NCBI GenBank assembly: GCA_965248195.1
Contig: CBDFIQ010000002.1
Coordinates: 128,001 to 192,000, forward strand
Direction: 5' to 3'
Length of the DNA: 64,000 nt
DNA from: Longimicrobiales bacterium
GTDB taxonomy: Bacteria > Gemmatimonadota > Gemmatimonadetes > Longimicrobiales > Gaopeijiaceae
A model generated the notes under the pieces. The model saw only the letters and a list, made by a program, of their open reading frames with translations, did not search any database and was not told where the DNA came from. The translations under genes were made by a program, and so were the position numbers. Shown here in pieces: positions 29,664 through 40,257 of the stretch; position 1 is the stretch's first letter; every line of letters begins with the position of its first letter.

Positions 29664-31763
29664 ATGGCGTTCGCCAAAGAGTATACGACGGATAAAATCA
29701 GGAATGTTGCCGTTCTGGGCCACGGCGGAGCCGGGAAGACCAGCCTCATCGACGCCCTCTGTTACACGGCTGGTTCCTCACGACGGAGGGGGAGCGTCAG
29801 CGAGGGAAGCGCGCTCACGATGTACACACCGGAGGAGGCGAGCCACGGGATTTCGCTTCAGTGCACGCCGGCGTTCTGCGAGTATTCGGGCGCCAAAATC
29901 AACCTGTTGGATACTCCGGGCTTCATGGATTTCGTCGGCGAGACGCTGGCGGCGATCCGGGTGGCGGACTCCGCGGTCATTGTGGTGAGCGCCACCTCCG
30001 GAGTGGAGGTAGGCACCGAAACCGTCTGGGAGTATGCGGAAGACCGGGGAATCCCCCGGTTCTTTTTTGTGTCCATGATGGACAAGGAGCACGCCTCCTT
30101 CGAGCGCGTGTATCAGGATATCAAGTCGCGCCTCACCGAAAAGGTCGTGCCCGTCGAGATCCCCATTGGGGAGGGTCCCGACTTCCACGGCATCGTCAAC
30201 CTGTTCAGTGAGCGGGCCCACATCTACAAGCCTGGGACCGAGCAGGGCGAGTACGACGAGGTCGACATCCCGGAGGAGCTCCAGGCCAAGTTCGAAGAGT
30301 GGGAGACCGAGCTTCAGGAGACGCTCGCCACGACCGACGAGGCGCTGCTCGACAAGTATCTCGAGGAGGGCAAGATAACCCGGGATGAGGCCATCCAGGC
30401 CATGCACAATGGCGTGGCGAGTGGCGATATCGTCCCGCTCTTCTGCGGATCGGCGGAACAGTCGTACGGGATGCGAGCGCTACTCCAGAAGCTCGTGGAG
30501 CTCTGCCCCAGCCCCGCTGAAGCGGGCGGCGAGACGGCCCAGCGGACCGGCATGGAGGAGGAGGTGCACCTGTCGGCCTCCGACGACGAGACCTTCTCCG
30601 CGCTCATCTATAAGACGGCGTCGGAGCCCCGCATTGGGGAGATGTCCTACTTCCGCGTCATGAGCGGCTCGGTCAGCAACGGGCAGGAGGTCAAGAACGG
30701 CGAGCGGGGAACCGTCGAAAAGCTGAACCACCTCTCGATACCCATGGGCAAGGAACGCTTCGAGGTCGCCAAGCTCCACGCGGGGGACCTCGGGGTGGTG
30801 GCGAAGCTCAAGGGCGCCCACACCAACGACACGCTTTGCGACATGTCCCGTCCGGTGGTACTCGAGAAGATCTCCTTCCCGAAGCCGGAGATCGCCATGG
30901 CGCTTCTGGGCGAAGGGCGCGGCGACGAAGACAAACTGGGCGAGGTCCTTCCCAAGCTACACGACGAGGACCCCACGTTTCTGGCCGAGTTCGACCCGGA
31001 ACTCCACCAGACGCTCGCCCGGGGGATGGGCGAGCTGCATCTGGCCGTTCAGATGGAGCGCATGAAGCGGAAGTACGGCGTGGCCGTACACATGGAGCAA
31101 CCGAAGATCGGCTACCGGGAAACGATCACGAAGGAGGCCGAGGGACAGGGGCGGCACAAGAAACAGTCCGGCGGACGCGGCCAGTTCGGGGACTGCTGGA
31201 TTCGCCTCAAGCCACGTGCTCCGGGGCACGGGTACGAATTCGTCAATTCCATCAAGGGTGGGGTGATCCCGACCAAGTACGTCCCCTCCGTGAACAAAGG
31301 CATCCAGGAGGCGGCCGCTCGCGGAGTCCTCGCCGGTTTTAAGTGCGTCGACTTCGAGGCGCAGTGTTACGACGGCTCTTACCATTCGGTTGACTCGAGC
31401 GATATCGCCTTCAAGCTGGCCGGCTCCAGCGCGTTCAAGAACGTCGCAGGGAAGTGCCGCCCAGTGATCCTGGAGCCCATCATCGAGGTCACGGTGACCA
31501 CCCCCGAGGACTACGTGGGCGACATCATGAGTGACATGAATCAGCGGCGTGGGAAGGTGCTGGGGATGGAGCCCACCGCGGGACGCACCACGGTCAAGGC
31601 CTTGGTGCCCGAGGCGGAGCTCTACAAGTATTCCACCTCGCTCCGTGCCATCACGCAAGGACGTGCGCGCCACAGCCGGAGCTTCTCCGGGTACGAGGCC
31701 CTTCCGGAACAGGAGGTGCCCAAGGTAATCGCGGCGTCGAAGGAGGCTGCGGAGGCTCACTAA
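29664..31763 (+). CDS. fusA2: Elongation factor G paralogue (EF-G2)
   Basis: GHGGAGKT, DTPG, HKKQSGGRGQFG; switch I reads HGISL rather than RGITI; not in the str operon. Confidence 0.9.
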   Translation: MAFAKEYTTDKIRNVAVLGHGGAGKTSLIDALCYTAGSSRRRGSVSEGSALTMYTPEEASHGISLQCTPAFCEYSGAKINLLDTPGFMDFVGETLAAIRVADSAVIVVSATSGVEVGTETVWEYAEDRGIPRFFFVSMMDKEHASFERVYQDIKSRLTEKVVPVEIPIGEGPDFHGIVNLFSERAHIYKPGTEQGEYDEVDIPEELQAKFEEWETELQETLATTDEALLDKYLEEGKITRDEAIQAMHNGVASGDIVPLFCGSAEQSYGMRALLQKLVELCPSPAEAGGETAQRTGMEEEVHLSASDDETFSALIYKTASEPRIGEMSYFRVMSGSVSNGQEVKNGERGTVEKLNHLSIPMGKERFEVAKLHAGDLGVVAKLKGAHTNDTLCDMSRPVVLEKISFPKPEIAMALLGEGRGDEDKLGEVLPKLHDEDPTFLAEFDPELHQTLARGMGELHLAVQMERMKRKYGVAVHMEQPKIGYRETITKEAEGQGRHKKQSGGRGQFGDCWIRLKPRAPGHGYEFVNSIKGGVIPTKYVPSVNKGIQEAAARGVLAGFKCVDFEAQCYDGSYHSVDSSDIAFKLAGSSAFKNVAGKCRPVILEPIIEVTVTTPEDYVGDIMSDMNQRRGKVLGMEPTAGRTTVKALVPEAELYKYSTSLRAITQGRARHSRSFSGYEALPEQEVPKVIAASKEAAEAH

Positions 31764-31852
31764 CCGTCAGGACCTGAGGCCGGAGGCACGGGGGCGGGCG
31801 CCGGAACCGGAAGGCGTGTCCGCACAGGAAGTACGAGACGGAGGCAGCTGCG

Positions 31853-32599
31853 GTGTCTGGACATAGCAAGTGGGCGACCATCAAGCGCAAGAAGGCGGCG
31901 ACTGACGCCAAGCGCGGCAAGACTTTCACCAAGCTGATCCGAGAGATCACGGTGGCAGCCCGAGATGGTGGGGGCGACCCGAACTTCAACCCGCGCCTTC
32001 GCCTCGCCGTGGACAATGCCAAGGCCGGCAACATGCCAGCGGAAAACATCACCCGGGCCATCAAGAAGGGCACGGGGGAGCTCGAGGGCGTCAGCTATGA
32101 GGAAGTCGTTTACGAGGGGTACGGCCCGGGCGGGGTTGCCCTCTACATCGAGACGCTTACCGACAACCAGAACCGGACCGTGGCCGACGTGAGGCACGTC
32201 CTGACCAAGCTCGGCGGTAGCTTGGGGACGACGGGCTCCGTGGGTTGGCAGTTCGACCGCAAAGGGCAGATCTACGTCGAGGCCTCGCGCAACTCCGAAG
32301 AGTCGGTCTTCGAAGCCGCGATCGAGGCGGGCGCCGATGACGTCGAGCCGGTGGACGATGAGTTCATCGTCACGACCGAGGCCAGCTCGTTCCACGAGGT
32401 GCAGGCGGGCATGAAGTCCGCGGGGATCGAGTTCGAGCGAGCCGAACTTACCTGGATTCCCCAGAACGAGATCCGAGTCGAGGGTAGGGACGCCGAGAAG
32501 CTCATCAAGCTCATGGAAGCGCTGGAGGACATCGACGACGTTCAGCAGGTCTCGTCCAACGCGGATATCGACGAAGAGATCCTCGCCCAGGCGATGTAG
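31853..32599 (+). CDS. yebC: YebC/PmpR family protein
   Basis: MSGHSKWATIKRKK, YEGYGPGG. Confidence 0.97.
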   Translation: MSGHSKWATIKRKKAATDAKRGKTFTKLIREITVAARDGGGDPNFNPRLRLAVDNAKAGNMPAENITRAIKKGTGELEGVSYEEVVYEGYGPGGVALYIETLTDNQNRTVADVRHVLTKLGGSLGTTGSVGWQFDRKGQIYVEASRNSEESVFEAAIEAGADDVEPVDDEFIVTTEASSFHEVQAGMKSAGIEFERAELTWIPQNEIRVEGRDAEKLIKLMEALEDIDDVQQVSSNADIDEEILAQAM

Positions 32600-32759
32600 T
32601 GTCCTGCCGCAGAAGCTCGCTGCATTCGACCTCCGCTGCATGCCGCCCTGCGGCGTTTCTCGTCGTCCGAAGGGCGGTGCCATTCCTCTTCCTCCCGCTT
32701 CGCAGGATCGGGCGCATCGGAGCCCTCGGTACGACGCGAGCTTCCGCGGCAGGACACTA
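32597..32759. mobile_element. MITE with 24-bp terminal inverted repeats
   Basis: tagtgtcctgccgcagaagctcgc vs reverse complement of 32736-32759 match 23/24; fills the yebC-ruvC gap. Confidence 0.75.
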
Positions 32760-32760
32760 G

Positions 32761-33249
32761 GTGAGCACCGAGTTGATTCTCGGGATCGATCCCGGAACGG
32801 CCGTCACTGGGTACGGCGTTGTCGCCAAGGAGGGCGGCGGCGCGGTTTCCTTGGTGGAGTGTGGGGTGGTGCGTACGTCGTCGGGTGAGGTGCTGGCGGT
32901 GCGGATTCGAGAGATCTACGACGCGGTTACCGTCCTGATCACCCGCCATGCGCCGTCGATCGTCGTCGTGGAGGCCGTCTTCCAGGGAAAGAACGTACAG
33001 AGCGCCCTCAAGCTCGGACACGCCCGGGGGGCTATACTGCTCGCGGCGGCGCTCGGCGAGATTCCGATCGCCGAGTACTCACCGAGGGAGATCAAGAAGG
33101 CCGTAGTGGGCAACGGAAACGCGACCAAGGATCAGGTAGGCTTCATGGTGCAGCAGCAGCTTCGCCTCAAGGCTCCGCCCTCGCCGGCCGATGCAGCCGA
33201 CGGCGTCGCCGCGGCGCTCTGCCACTGTGTCATGGGGGCGTTCCGTTGA
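32761..33249 (+). CDS. ruvC: Holliday junction resolvase RuvC
   Basis: ILGIDPG, LKLGHARG, GNATKDQV, DAAD. Confidence 0.97.
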   Translation: MSTELILGIDPGTAVTGYGVVAKEGGGAVSLVECGVVRTSSGEVLAVRIREIYDAVTVLITRHAPSIVVVEAVFQGKNVQSALKLGHARGAILLAAALGEIPIAEYSPREIKKAVVGNGNATKDQVGFMVQQQLRLKAPPSPADAADGVAAALCHCVMGAFR

Positions 33250-33845
33250 TCAGCCGCCTCAGGGGCACGCTCATCTCCAGGGAGCTGGATCACATCGAGG
33301 TAGAGACCGCTGGGGGCCTTGTCTACGAGGTCCAGATCCCGCTGTTGATCCTCGAACGCCTGCCGAAGCCGCCGGCTCCCGACTTCGAGATCCGGACTCT
33401 CCAGGTGGTTCGTGAGGATTCGGTCACACTTTACGGCTTCATGGAGACGTTCGAGCGCGAACTCTTTTCGCGGCTCCTGGGGGCGTCGGGCGTGGGGCCC
33501 AAGGTGGCGCTGGCCATGCTCTCCACGTACTCGGCGCGGCGCCTCGCCCAAGCGTTGGCCGAGAAGGACGTGAACGCCCTCAAGCAGGTGAGCGGCGTGG
33601 GGAAGAAGACCGCTGAACGCATCGTGCTGGAGTTGGCCGACAAAGTGGAGGACCTGGCCGTAGGAGCCGCCGGACCGGACGGTGCCCGCGGCGGAGCGTC
33701 GCCTGGCGCCCAGGAGGCGGTCGGGGCACTCGTGGCGTTGGGGTATTCGTTCGTGGATGCGGACGCGGCCGTCCGGCGCTCATTGGCGGAGGGCGAGGCG
33801 GCGGGCACCGACGAGTTGGTGCGCCGGGCTTTGGCGAAGCGTTGA
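33246..33845 (+). CDS. ruvA: Holliday junction protein RuvA
   Basis: VREDSVTLYGF, SGVGPK, GVGKKTAERI. Confidence 0.97.
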   Translation: MISRLRGTLISRELDHIEVETAGGLVYEVQIPLLILERLPKPPAPDFEIRTLQVVREDSVTLYGFMETFERELFSRLLGASGVGPKVALAMLSTYSARRLAQALAEKDVNALKQVSGVGKKTAERIVLELADKVEDLAVGAAGPDGARGGASPGAQEAVGALVALGYSFVDADAAVRRSLAEGEAAGTDELVRRALAKR

Positions 33846-33914
33846 AGAGGGGCGAAGATGGGCGATGGGTGAGCGACGGACGATGAGGGAGCGACCGACG
33901 ATGAGAGTTAGGCG

Positions 33915-34976
33915 ATGACCGGCAGGAGCGAAATCACCACCCCGGAGGTTCTCCAGGAAGACGTCGTGGCCGAGCCCTCGCTCCGGCCCCAGCGCCTCGA
34001 TGAGTTCATCGGCCAGGACAAAGTCTGCGAGGCTTTGAGCATCGCCATAGAGGCGGCCAAGCAGCGCCGGGAGCCATTGGACCACCTGCTCTTTCATGGT
34101 CCACCGGGGCTCGGAAAGACCACGCTGGCGTCGCTGATCGCGCGAGAAATGGGCGTGAACTTCAAGTCCACCTCGGGGCCCGTGCTGGAGAAACCGGCGG
34201 ACCTCGTGGGCATGCTCACCAATCAGCGTGAGGGAGACGTTCTCTTCATCGACGAGATCCACCGGCTCCGGCCCATCATCGAGGAGTTTCTGTATCCCGC
34301 CATGGAGGACTACCGGGTGGAGATCCGCCTAGCCGACGGTCCCCGGGCGCAGACCATGACCATGGACATCGAAGAGTTCACACTCGTGGGCGCGACCACA
34401 CGCTTCGGGCTCCTCACCGCGCCCATGCGGGCCCGCTTCGGCATCATCCAGCGGCTGAACTTCTATCCGCCCGAAGAGTTGGCGGTCGTCGTGTCGCGGA
34501 GCTCGGAGATTCTGGGCGTGGAGTGCTCGTCCGAGGGGGCGCAGATCCTGGCGCGCCGCGCGCGGGGAACGCCACGAGTGGCCAACCGGCTCCTCCGCCG
34601 GGTCCGCGACTTTGCCCAGGTGAGGGCCGAGGGCGTCATTACGGCAGTCGTGGCCGAGGAGGCGCTCAGGATGCTGGACGTCGATGAGTACGGCCTCGAC
34701 GAGATGGATGGCCGCGTGCTCCGCACCCTGATCGAGAAGTTCGAAGGCGGCCCCGCCGGGCTCGAGACGCTCGCCGTGGCGATGGGCGAGGACGCTTCCA
34801 CCCTGGAGGAGGTGTACGAGCCGTTCCTGATCCAGGAAGGCTTCCTCATGCGGACATCCCGTGGGCGGGTGGCGACGGTGAGGGCGTACGAGCGGTTTGG
34901 GTACGAGCCGCCCACCGACGGCGGAGCCGGGGCCGAGGGTGGAGCGGGAGGTGGGCAGTCGTCGCTCTTCGAGTGA
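33915..34976 (+). CDS. ruvB: Holliday junction helicase RuvB
   Basis: [30 protein letters not shown]. Confidence 0.98.
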   Translation: MTGRSEITTPEVLQEDVVAEPSLRPQRLDEFIGQDKVCEALSIAIEAAKQRREPLDHLLFHGPPGLGKTTLASLIAREMGVNFKSTSGPVLEKPADLVGMLTNQREGDVLFIDEIHRLRPIIEEFLYPAMEDYRVEIRLADGPRAQTMTMDIEEFTLVGATTRFGLLTAPMRARFGIIQRLNFYPPEELAVVVSRSSEILGVECSSEGAQILARRARGTPRVANRLLRRVRDFAQVRAEGVITAVVAEEALRMLDVDEYGLDEMDGRVLRTLIEKFEGGPAGLETLAVAMGEDASTLEEVYEPFLIQEGFLMRTSRGRVATVRAYERFGYEPPTDGGAGAEGGAGGGQSSLFE

Positions 34977-35031
34977 CGGGACTGGGCGTTCCCGCGGGAA
35001 CGCGTCTGGCCCTCTTAGGGCCTTCCAATGT

Positions 35032-35077
35032 GTCGATCGGCGGCTAGCCGGGTGGTCGATCGGCGGCTAAGCGGGTG
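35032..35077 (+). repeat. 23-bp tandem duplication ending in the queA start codon
   Basis: gtcgatcggcggctagccgggtg followed by gtcgatcggcggctaagcgggtg. Confidence 0.8.
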
Positions 35078-36151
35078 AAGGACGGCTCGAGGGTCTCCGA
35101 CTACGAGTACGACCTCCCTCCCGGACGGATCGCGCAGTATCCGATCGAGCGCAGGGACCAGAGCCGGTTGTTGGTCGTGCCGCGAGGCGGTGAGTCGTTC
35201 GAGCATCGAGTGTTTTCGGATCTGGTCGACCTGCTGAACCCCGGCGACGTCCTGGTCGTGAACGAGAGCCGGGTAAGGCCAGCCAGGCTGCTGGGGCGAA
35301 AGCCCACCGGGGCGCCCTCCGAGATCCTGCTGTTGCGGCCCCGGACGGGTGGCGGGACCGCTACGGCCGCCGATCCGGAGTCCGACGAGACGACCCTCTG
35401 GGAGGCGCTGGTACGGCCCGGCGGGAAGCTCAAGCCCGGGCGGCTCGTGAACATCGCGCCGGGCTTCGACGTGGAGATCGTGGATGGCGCGCCGGGGGGC
35501 GGCCGGATCGTGAGGCTCGTCGTAGAGGGTTCCGTGCGTGAGGCACTCGAGGCGCATGGCCACATGCCACTCCCCCCCTATCTGGAGCGGGATGACGAGC
35601 CCCTGGACCGGGTACGCTACCAAACCGTGTACGCCCGTGTGCCGGGCTCGGTGGCGGCGCCCACGGCGGGACTGCACTTCACTCCGGAGCTGCTGGACAA
35701 GATCGACAAGAAGGGTGTGGAGCGCGTGGCGGTCACCCTGGATGTGGGGGTGGGGACGTTCCGCCCCGTGGAGGCCGAGGATCCGGCCGGGCACGACATG
35801 CACAGCGAGCGGTACTTCGTGTCTGGCGAGGCGTCAGGGGCGATCAACGTCGCGCGAGCGGAGGGGCGCCGCGTCTGGGCGGTGGGCACGACCGTGGTGC
35901 GCACGCTCGAGAGTGCAGCCCACGAGGGGGTTGTTGGGGTGGGGGGTGGGGTGACGGACCTGTTCGTCCGCCCGCCGTACCACTTTCAGGTGGTCGCCGG
36001 GCTGATCACCAACTTCCACTTGCCGCGGTCGACGCTCCTGATGCTGGTGGCCGCGTTCGGCGGGTACGAGAGGACGATGGAGGCGTACGGCGCGGCGATC
36101 CATGAGGGGTACCGGTTCTACTCATACGGGGATGCGATGGTGGTGGCGTGA
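35075..36151 (+). CDS. queA: SAM:tRNA ribosyltransferase-isomerase
   Basis: GSVAAPTAGLHF, VGTTVVR, TNFHLPRSTL, YRFYSYGD. Confidence 0.97.
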   Translation: MKDGSRVSDYEYDLPPGRIAQYPIERRDQSRLLVVPRGGESFEHRVFSDLVDLLNPGDVLVVNESRVRPARLLGRKPTGAPSEILLLRPRTGGGTATAADPESDETTLWEALVRPGGKLKPGRLVNIAPGFDVEIVDGAPGGGRIVRLVVEGSVREALEAHGHMPLPPYLERDDEPLDRVRYQTVYARVPGSVAAPTAGLHFTPELLDKIDKKGVERVAVTLDVGVGTFRPVEAEDPAGHDMHSERYFVSGEASGAINVARAEGRRVWAVGTTVVRTLESAAHEGVVGVGGGVTDLFVRPPYHFQVVAGLITNFHLPRSTLLMLVAAFGGYERTMEAYGAAIHEGYRFYSYGDAMVVA

Positions 36152-36179
36152 GGGGCGGATGCGATCCGACGCTAGGCAA

Positions 36180-37793
36180 TCACCCTGTAACAAAGCCCCG
36201 GGCCTCTCCGACCCCGTCCCTCGCCGTATCCGCGTCTCCCGCAACCTCGAGTAGCTGCTCGTAATGAGCCCTCGCCTGTTCGGCATCTCCCATCTGACGC
36301 GCGGCGCGCGCCGCACCCAAGAGCGAGTGGTACCGCTTTGGCCAAATCTCAAGCGACACAGTAAACGCCTCTAACGCATCCGCCGGACGGTCGAGCGCTA
36401 GCAACAGGTCGCCCAGCGCCTCATATGGCGGATACAGCGCCCCCGGCGTGACCGGGTGCTTCTGTACGGATGCTTCTACTTCTCCCGCCTCACGCATTGC
36501 CGCAACCGCGCTCTCTGCATCGCCCTGCGCGTAGGCAATCCACCCGGCGAGCACGAGGCGATCCGTCTCGATGTACCACTTGAACCCCTCCTCGCCGGCG
36601 TCGTCCGCACGGTCAAGCAGAATCCGTATGGTAGCCTCCGCCTCGCGAGCCCCGGAAAGGTCGCCGGTGCGCACGGCGCCGAGTCCTTTGGCAAACCAGC
36701 TCATCGCCTCGGGCCACCAAAACTGATCCCACGGGAGATAAGGGTGGGCACGCAGTTCGACCGTCGCCGCTTCGCTCCACTCGCGACGCTCGATGGCGTA
36801 CCGGGCCGGCATTGCGGCGAGATGGAAAGCGGCGGTGAAGGTCCCCTGGTGAGGTGATTGCGGCAGCGTCTCGTCCATGACCGTGCGAGCTGCTTCATCG
36901 TCCCCACCTTGAAGGTAGGCATACATGAGGTAGTCCATCGCGTGCGCGAAATGGTGGGATATGGCATCGCCTGCCGGGAATTGCAGCGCCGCGTCCGCTG
37001 ACTTTCGGTTCCACTCGATCACATCAGGCCACTCACCAAGACGCACGAAGATGTGCGTCGGCATATGCAAGGCATGAGGCACACTCGGCGAGATGTCGTC
37101 GTAGCTCCTGACGATATCCAGGGACTCGTTCGCACGGCCCCGCACGTCGTTCGCGTGGATCGTGTAGTGGGCGGCACCCGGATGCAGTGGCTCACGGTCG
37201 TGAATACCGAGCAACACCTCCGCCGCGCGTGCCTGATGGAGCATTTGGTTCTCCGACACTGGCCCGACCGCGAGCTGCGACAACGCGTAGAGCGCACCGG
37301 TCTCGATATCGTCCTGTCGGGGAGCAAACGCTTCATCCATCGCATCGGCCCATCGACGGATGCGCGTCCACCAGTCGGCGCTCTCGGGTTCCCGATAAAA
37401 GGCTTCCGCCGCTGCGACGAGTGCAAGTTCCCGGTCAGTCGCGGGCTCCAACTCCATAGCCCGACGCACGGAGGCTTCACCACGACGGAGATCCTCCAGC
37501 GCCGGCCGGGTGGGCCACAGAGGCTGAAACAACGTCATCGCGACGCCCCAGTGCGCCATCGCACAACTAGGCGCTTGCTCCGCGACTTCCTCGAACGCCG
37601 CCCGCGATTCCACGTACATCATGTGGTGAAGGAGCGCGACTGCACTGTCGAAGTCGTCCCGTACCTCGGCGACGCACGAAACGTCGAAGTCTACGCTACC
37701 GAGTTCGTGGTCACCCTCGGCGGCGTTCCCGCACGCGACCGCTGGCAACAGTAAGAGCGGGAGGAGGAAAAATCGGCGCATGATCTGTCTCAT
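36180..37793 (-). CDS. TPR-rich lipoprotein
   Basis: AVAC lipobox; HPGAAHYTIHA and PHALHMPTHIF conserved His motifs; TPRs. Confidence 0.8.
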   Translation of the reverse strand: MRQIMRRFFLLPLLLLPAVACGNAAEGDHELGSVDFDVSCVAEVRDDFDSAVALLHHMMYVESRAAFEEVAEQAPSCAMAHWGVAMTLFQPLWPTRPALEDLRRGEASVRRAMELEPATDRELALVAAAEAFYREPESADWWTRIRRWADAMDEAFAPRQDDIETGALYALSQLAVGPVSENQMLHQARAAEVLLGIHDREPLHPGAAHYTIHANDVRGRANESLDIVRSYDDISPSVPHALHMPTHIFVRLGEWPDVIEWNRKSADAALQFPAGDAISHHFAHAMDYLMYAYLQGGDDEAARTVMDETLPQSPHQGTFTAAFHLAAMPARYAIERREWSEAATVELRAHPYLPWDQFWWPEAMSWFAKGLGAVRTGDLSGAREAEATIRILLDRADDAGEEGFKWYIETDRLVLAGWIAYAQGDAESAVAAMREAGEVEASVQKHPVTPGALYPPYEALGDLLLALDRPADALEAFTVSLEIWPKRYHSLLGAARAARQMGDAEQARAHYEQLLEVAGDADTARDGVGEARGFVTG

Positions 37794-37897
37794 TGAGTTC
37801 ACGGTTAGGGGGTGCATCATGCCTGCGAGGCACTGTGTCCGCAAGGAAAACCCGCCCGCCCGTAAGCTGCTGGATGCGGCGTGAGGGGGAGAACTCT

Positions 37898-38266
37898 AAG
37901 TGGGGGGTTCCGGCGTTGCGCATCCATTGCCAGTGGAGCGACAACGAGCGGAAGATGCTACAGGAGATGGCGGTGCAGGCCGCCGAGATGCTGGAGTCGA
38001 TCGGAGGGCGCGACGTATCGTCACGTGTCGACGACAATCCGCCGGGGCTCACGATCCACGAAATGGGCACGGCACGGATGGGGCGCGACCCGGAGACTTC
38101 CGTCCTCAATGGCTGGAACCAGGCGTGGGATGTCCCGAACCTCTTCATGACGGACGGCGCTTGTATGACTTCCAGCGCGAATCAGAACCCGAGCATCACC
38201 TACATGGCGCTCACGGCGCGGGCCGCGAGCCATGCCGTCGATATGATTGACCGAGGAGAGCTTTGA
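37898..38266 (+). pseudogene. GMC oxidoreductase C-terminal fragment
   Basis: KWGVP, IHEMGTARMG, NPSITYMALTAR; FAD-binding N-terminus absent. Confidence 0.8.
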
Positions 38267-39156
38267 TGCTCGGTCGACGAGAGGCATTACGACGGATGGG
38301 CGGGTTGGCGGCGGGGGCGGCGGGGGCCGCCGCGATGGGTTGTTCTGGGGCGACTGTTCCCGGTGAAGCCCCCCCGACCGCCGCAGGTAGCGGGTCCGGT
38401 ACGACGCGCCTCCAGCCGCTCGGTGTTCAGCTCTACACCCTACGCTCGGAGATGGAGGGAAGGGTCGAGCAGACGCTCGAGCGTGTGGCAGCGATCGGTT
38501 ACCAGGAGGTCGAGTTGGTACGATCTCAGTATTTCGGTCACTCGCCCACCGAGATCCGAGAGATGCTCGCGAGGACCGGGTTGCGTGCCCCGGCCTCCCA
38601 CATCGCCCCCAGCTTCGAGACCGACGCTTGGGAACGGATCCTGGATGACGCGAACGAGGTCGGGCACGAATACGTGGTGGTGGCGTCGATCCCTCTGAAC
38701 ATGAGGGCCAACCTCGACGATTGGCGACGTACGGCCGAGGCCATGACCGGGGCCGGTGAGCGAGCCCGGGCGGCAGGCCTACAGTACGCCTATCACAATC
38801 ACGACTTCGAGTTCATCGAGATGGATGGCCGTGTGGCCTTCGACGTGTTCTGCGAGGAGTCCGATCCCGAGCTGGTGCAGATCGAGTTGGACCTATACTG
38901 GATCATTCACGGTGGCGGTGACCCCGTGGCGTTCTTCAACCGGTGGCCTGGGCGCATCCCCTTGGTGCACGTGAAGGATCGCACTGGCGCAGGCGAAATG
39001 GCGGACGTAGGTGCGGGTGTCATCGACTGGGCGGGGCTCTTCCAACACATCGATCACGCGGGGATGAAACACTTCTTGGTCGAACATGACCGTCCGGACG
39101 GGGCCTTCCGATCCATCGAGGCCAGCTACCGGTACCTGAGTAGGCTCGAGGTCTGA
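38263..39156 (+). CDS. Sugar phosphate isomerase/epimerase (AP_endonuc_2), Tat-exported
   Basis: GRREAL Tat motif; GVQLYTLR, YHNHDFEF, ELDLYW, HVKD, VEHD. Confidence 0.9.
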   Translation: MMLGRREALRRMGGLAAGAAGAAAMGCSGATVPGEAPPTAAGSGSGTTRLQPLGVQLYTLRSEMEGRVEQTLERVAAIGYQEVELVRSQYFGHSPTEIREMLARTGLRAPASHIAPSFETDAWERILDDANEVGHEYVVVASIPLNMRANLDDWRRTAEAMTGAGERARAAGLQYAYHNHDFEFIEMDGRVAFDVFCEESDPELVQIELDLYWIIHGGGDPVAFFNRWPGRIPLVHVKDRTGAGEMADVGAGVIDWAGLFQHIDHAGMKHFLVEHDRPDGAFRSIEASYRYLSRLEV

Positions 39157-39230
39157 TTGCGATGAAATGGGGGACCCACCGGCGGGGGCGGCCGGTGTCC
39201 GAGGGAGGCGAGTCGCCCCGTTAGGTGCTC

Positions 39231-40235
39231 CTAGTCGTCCCGTTGGAAGGCCGCGTCGAAGGCGGTCCCCGACGCCGGGAAATCCAGATCTCGTACGTAG
39301 CGACACGCCTCGGCGGCACCGTGCTCCCGCTCCATTCCCGCGTCCTCCCACTCCACGGAGAGAGGCCCCTGGTATCCCACGCGGTTGAGCGCCCGGATGA
39401 TTTCCTCGAAGGGCACACGCCCGTGACCTAGGGAACGGAAGTCCCAGAACCGGTCCTGGTCGCCGAACGGCAGGTGCCCGCCGAACACTCCCGACGGCAT
39501 GGGGGTGGAGGACCACCAGACGTCCTTCATGTGGGCGTGGAAGATGCGAGACTCGAAACGGAGGATGAACGCGACGCAGTCCACGCCCTGGTATGCGAGA
39601 TGGGACGGATCGTAGTTGAACCCGAAGGTGTCCCGGTATCCCACGGCCTCTAGCGCCCGCTCCGCGGTGACGATGTCGAAGGCGATTTCGGTGGGGTGCA
39701 CCTCCAAGGCGAAGCGCACCCCCACCTCGTCGAACACGTCCAGAATGGGGTTCCACAGCTCCGCGAACTCCTGGAAACCATGCTCGATGGTCTCTGGGCT
39801 CACAGGTGGGAACGAGTATAGGAATGGCCAGATGGGACTCCCGGTGAAGCCGTTCACCACTTCGACATCCATGTTGGCAGCCGCGCGGGCGGTCCGCTTC
39901 ATCTCCTCGGCCGCACGGGAACGTACGCCATCCGGATCTCCGTCCCCCCAGACGTGGGGTGGGAGGATGTCCTCGTGGCGGTCGTCCACCACGTCCGCCA
40001 CGGCCTGGCCCACGAGGTGGTTGCTGATGGCCCACACTCCGAGCCCGTGCGCTTCGAGCAGCAGCAGCCGCTCTTGGCAGTAGTCCGGGTCCTCCGCTCC
40101 TTGTGTCACGTCGAAGTGGTCACCCCAGCACGCCAACTCGAGCCCGTCGTATCCCCAGTCGGCCGCCTTGGGGCAGAGCTCCTCCAAGGGAAGATCGGCC
40201 CACTGTCCGGTGAAAAGTGTTACCGGTCGCGTCAT
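39231..40235 (-). CDS. Sugar phosphate isomerase/epimerase (cytoplasmic)
   Basis: [34 protein letters not shown]. Confidence 0.9.
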   Translation of the reverse strand: MTRPVTLFTGQWADLPLEELCPKAADWGYDGLELACWGDHFDVTQGAEDPDYCQERLLLLEAHGLGVWAISNHLVGQAVADVVDDRHEDILPPHVWGDGDPDGVRSRAAEEMKRTARAAANMDVEVVNGFTGSPIWPFLYSFPPVSPETIEHGFQEFAELWNPILDVFDEVGVRFALEVHPTEIAFDIVTAERALEAVGYRDTFGFNYDPSHLAYQGVDCVAFILRFESRIFHAHMKDVWWSSTPMPSGVFGGHLPFGDQDRFWDFRSLGHGRVPFEEIIRALNRVGYQGPLSVEWEDAGMEREHGAAEACRYVRDLDFPASGTAFDAAFQRDD

Positions 40236-40257
40236 GGGGCGCCCCAAGCTCGCATGG

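Noticed and set aside
19309..36103. Many long antisense or alternate-frame ORFs over copA, mutS, cbs, fusA2 and queA
   Set aside because: Expected stop-poor shadows in high-GC DNA; no motifs
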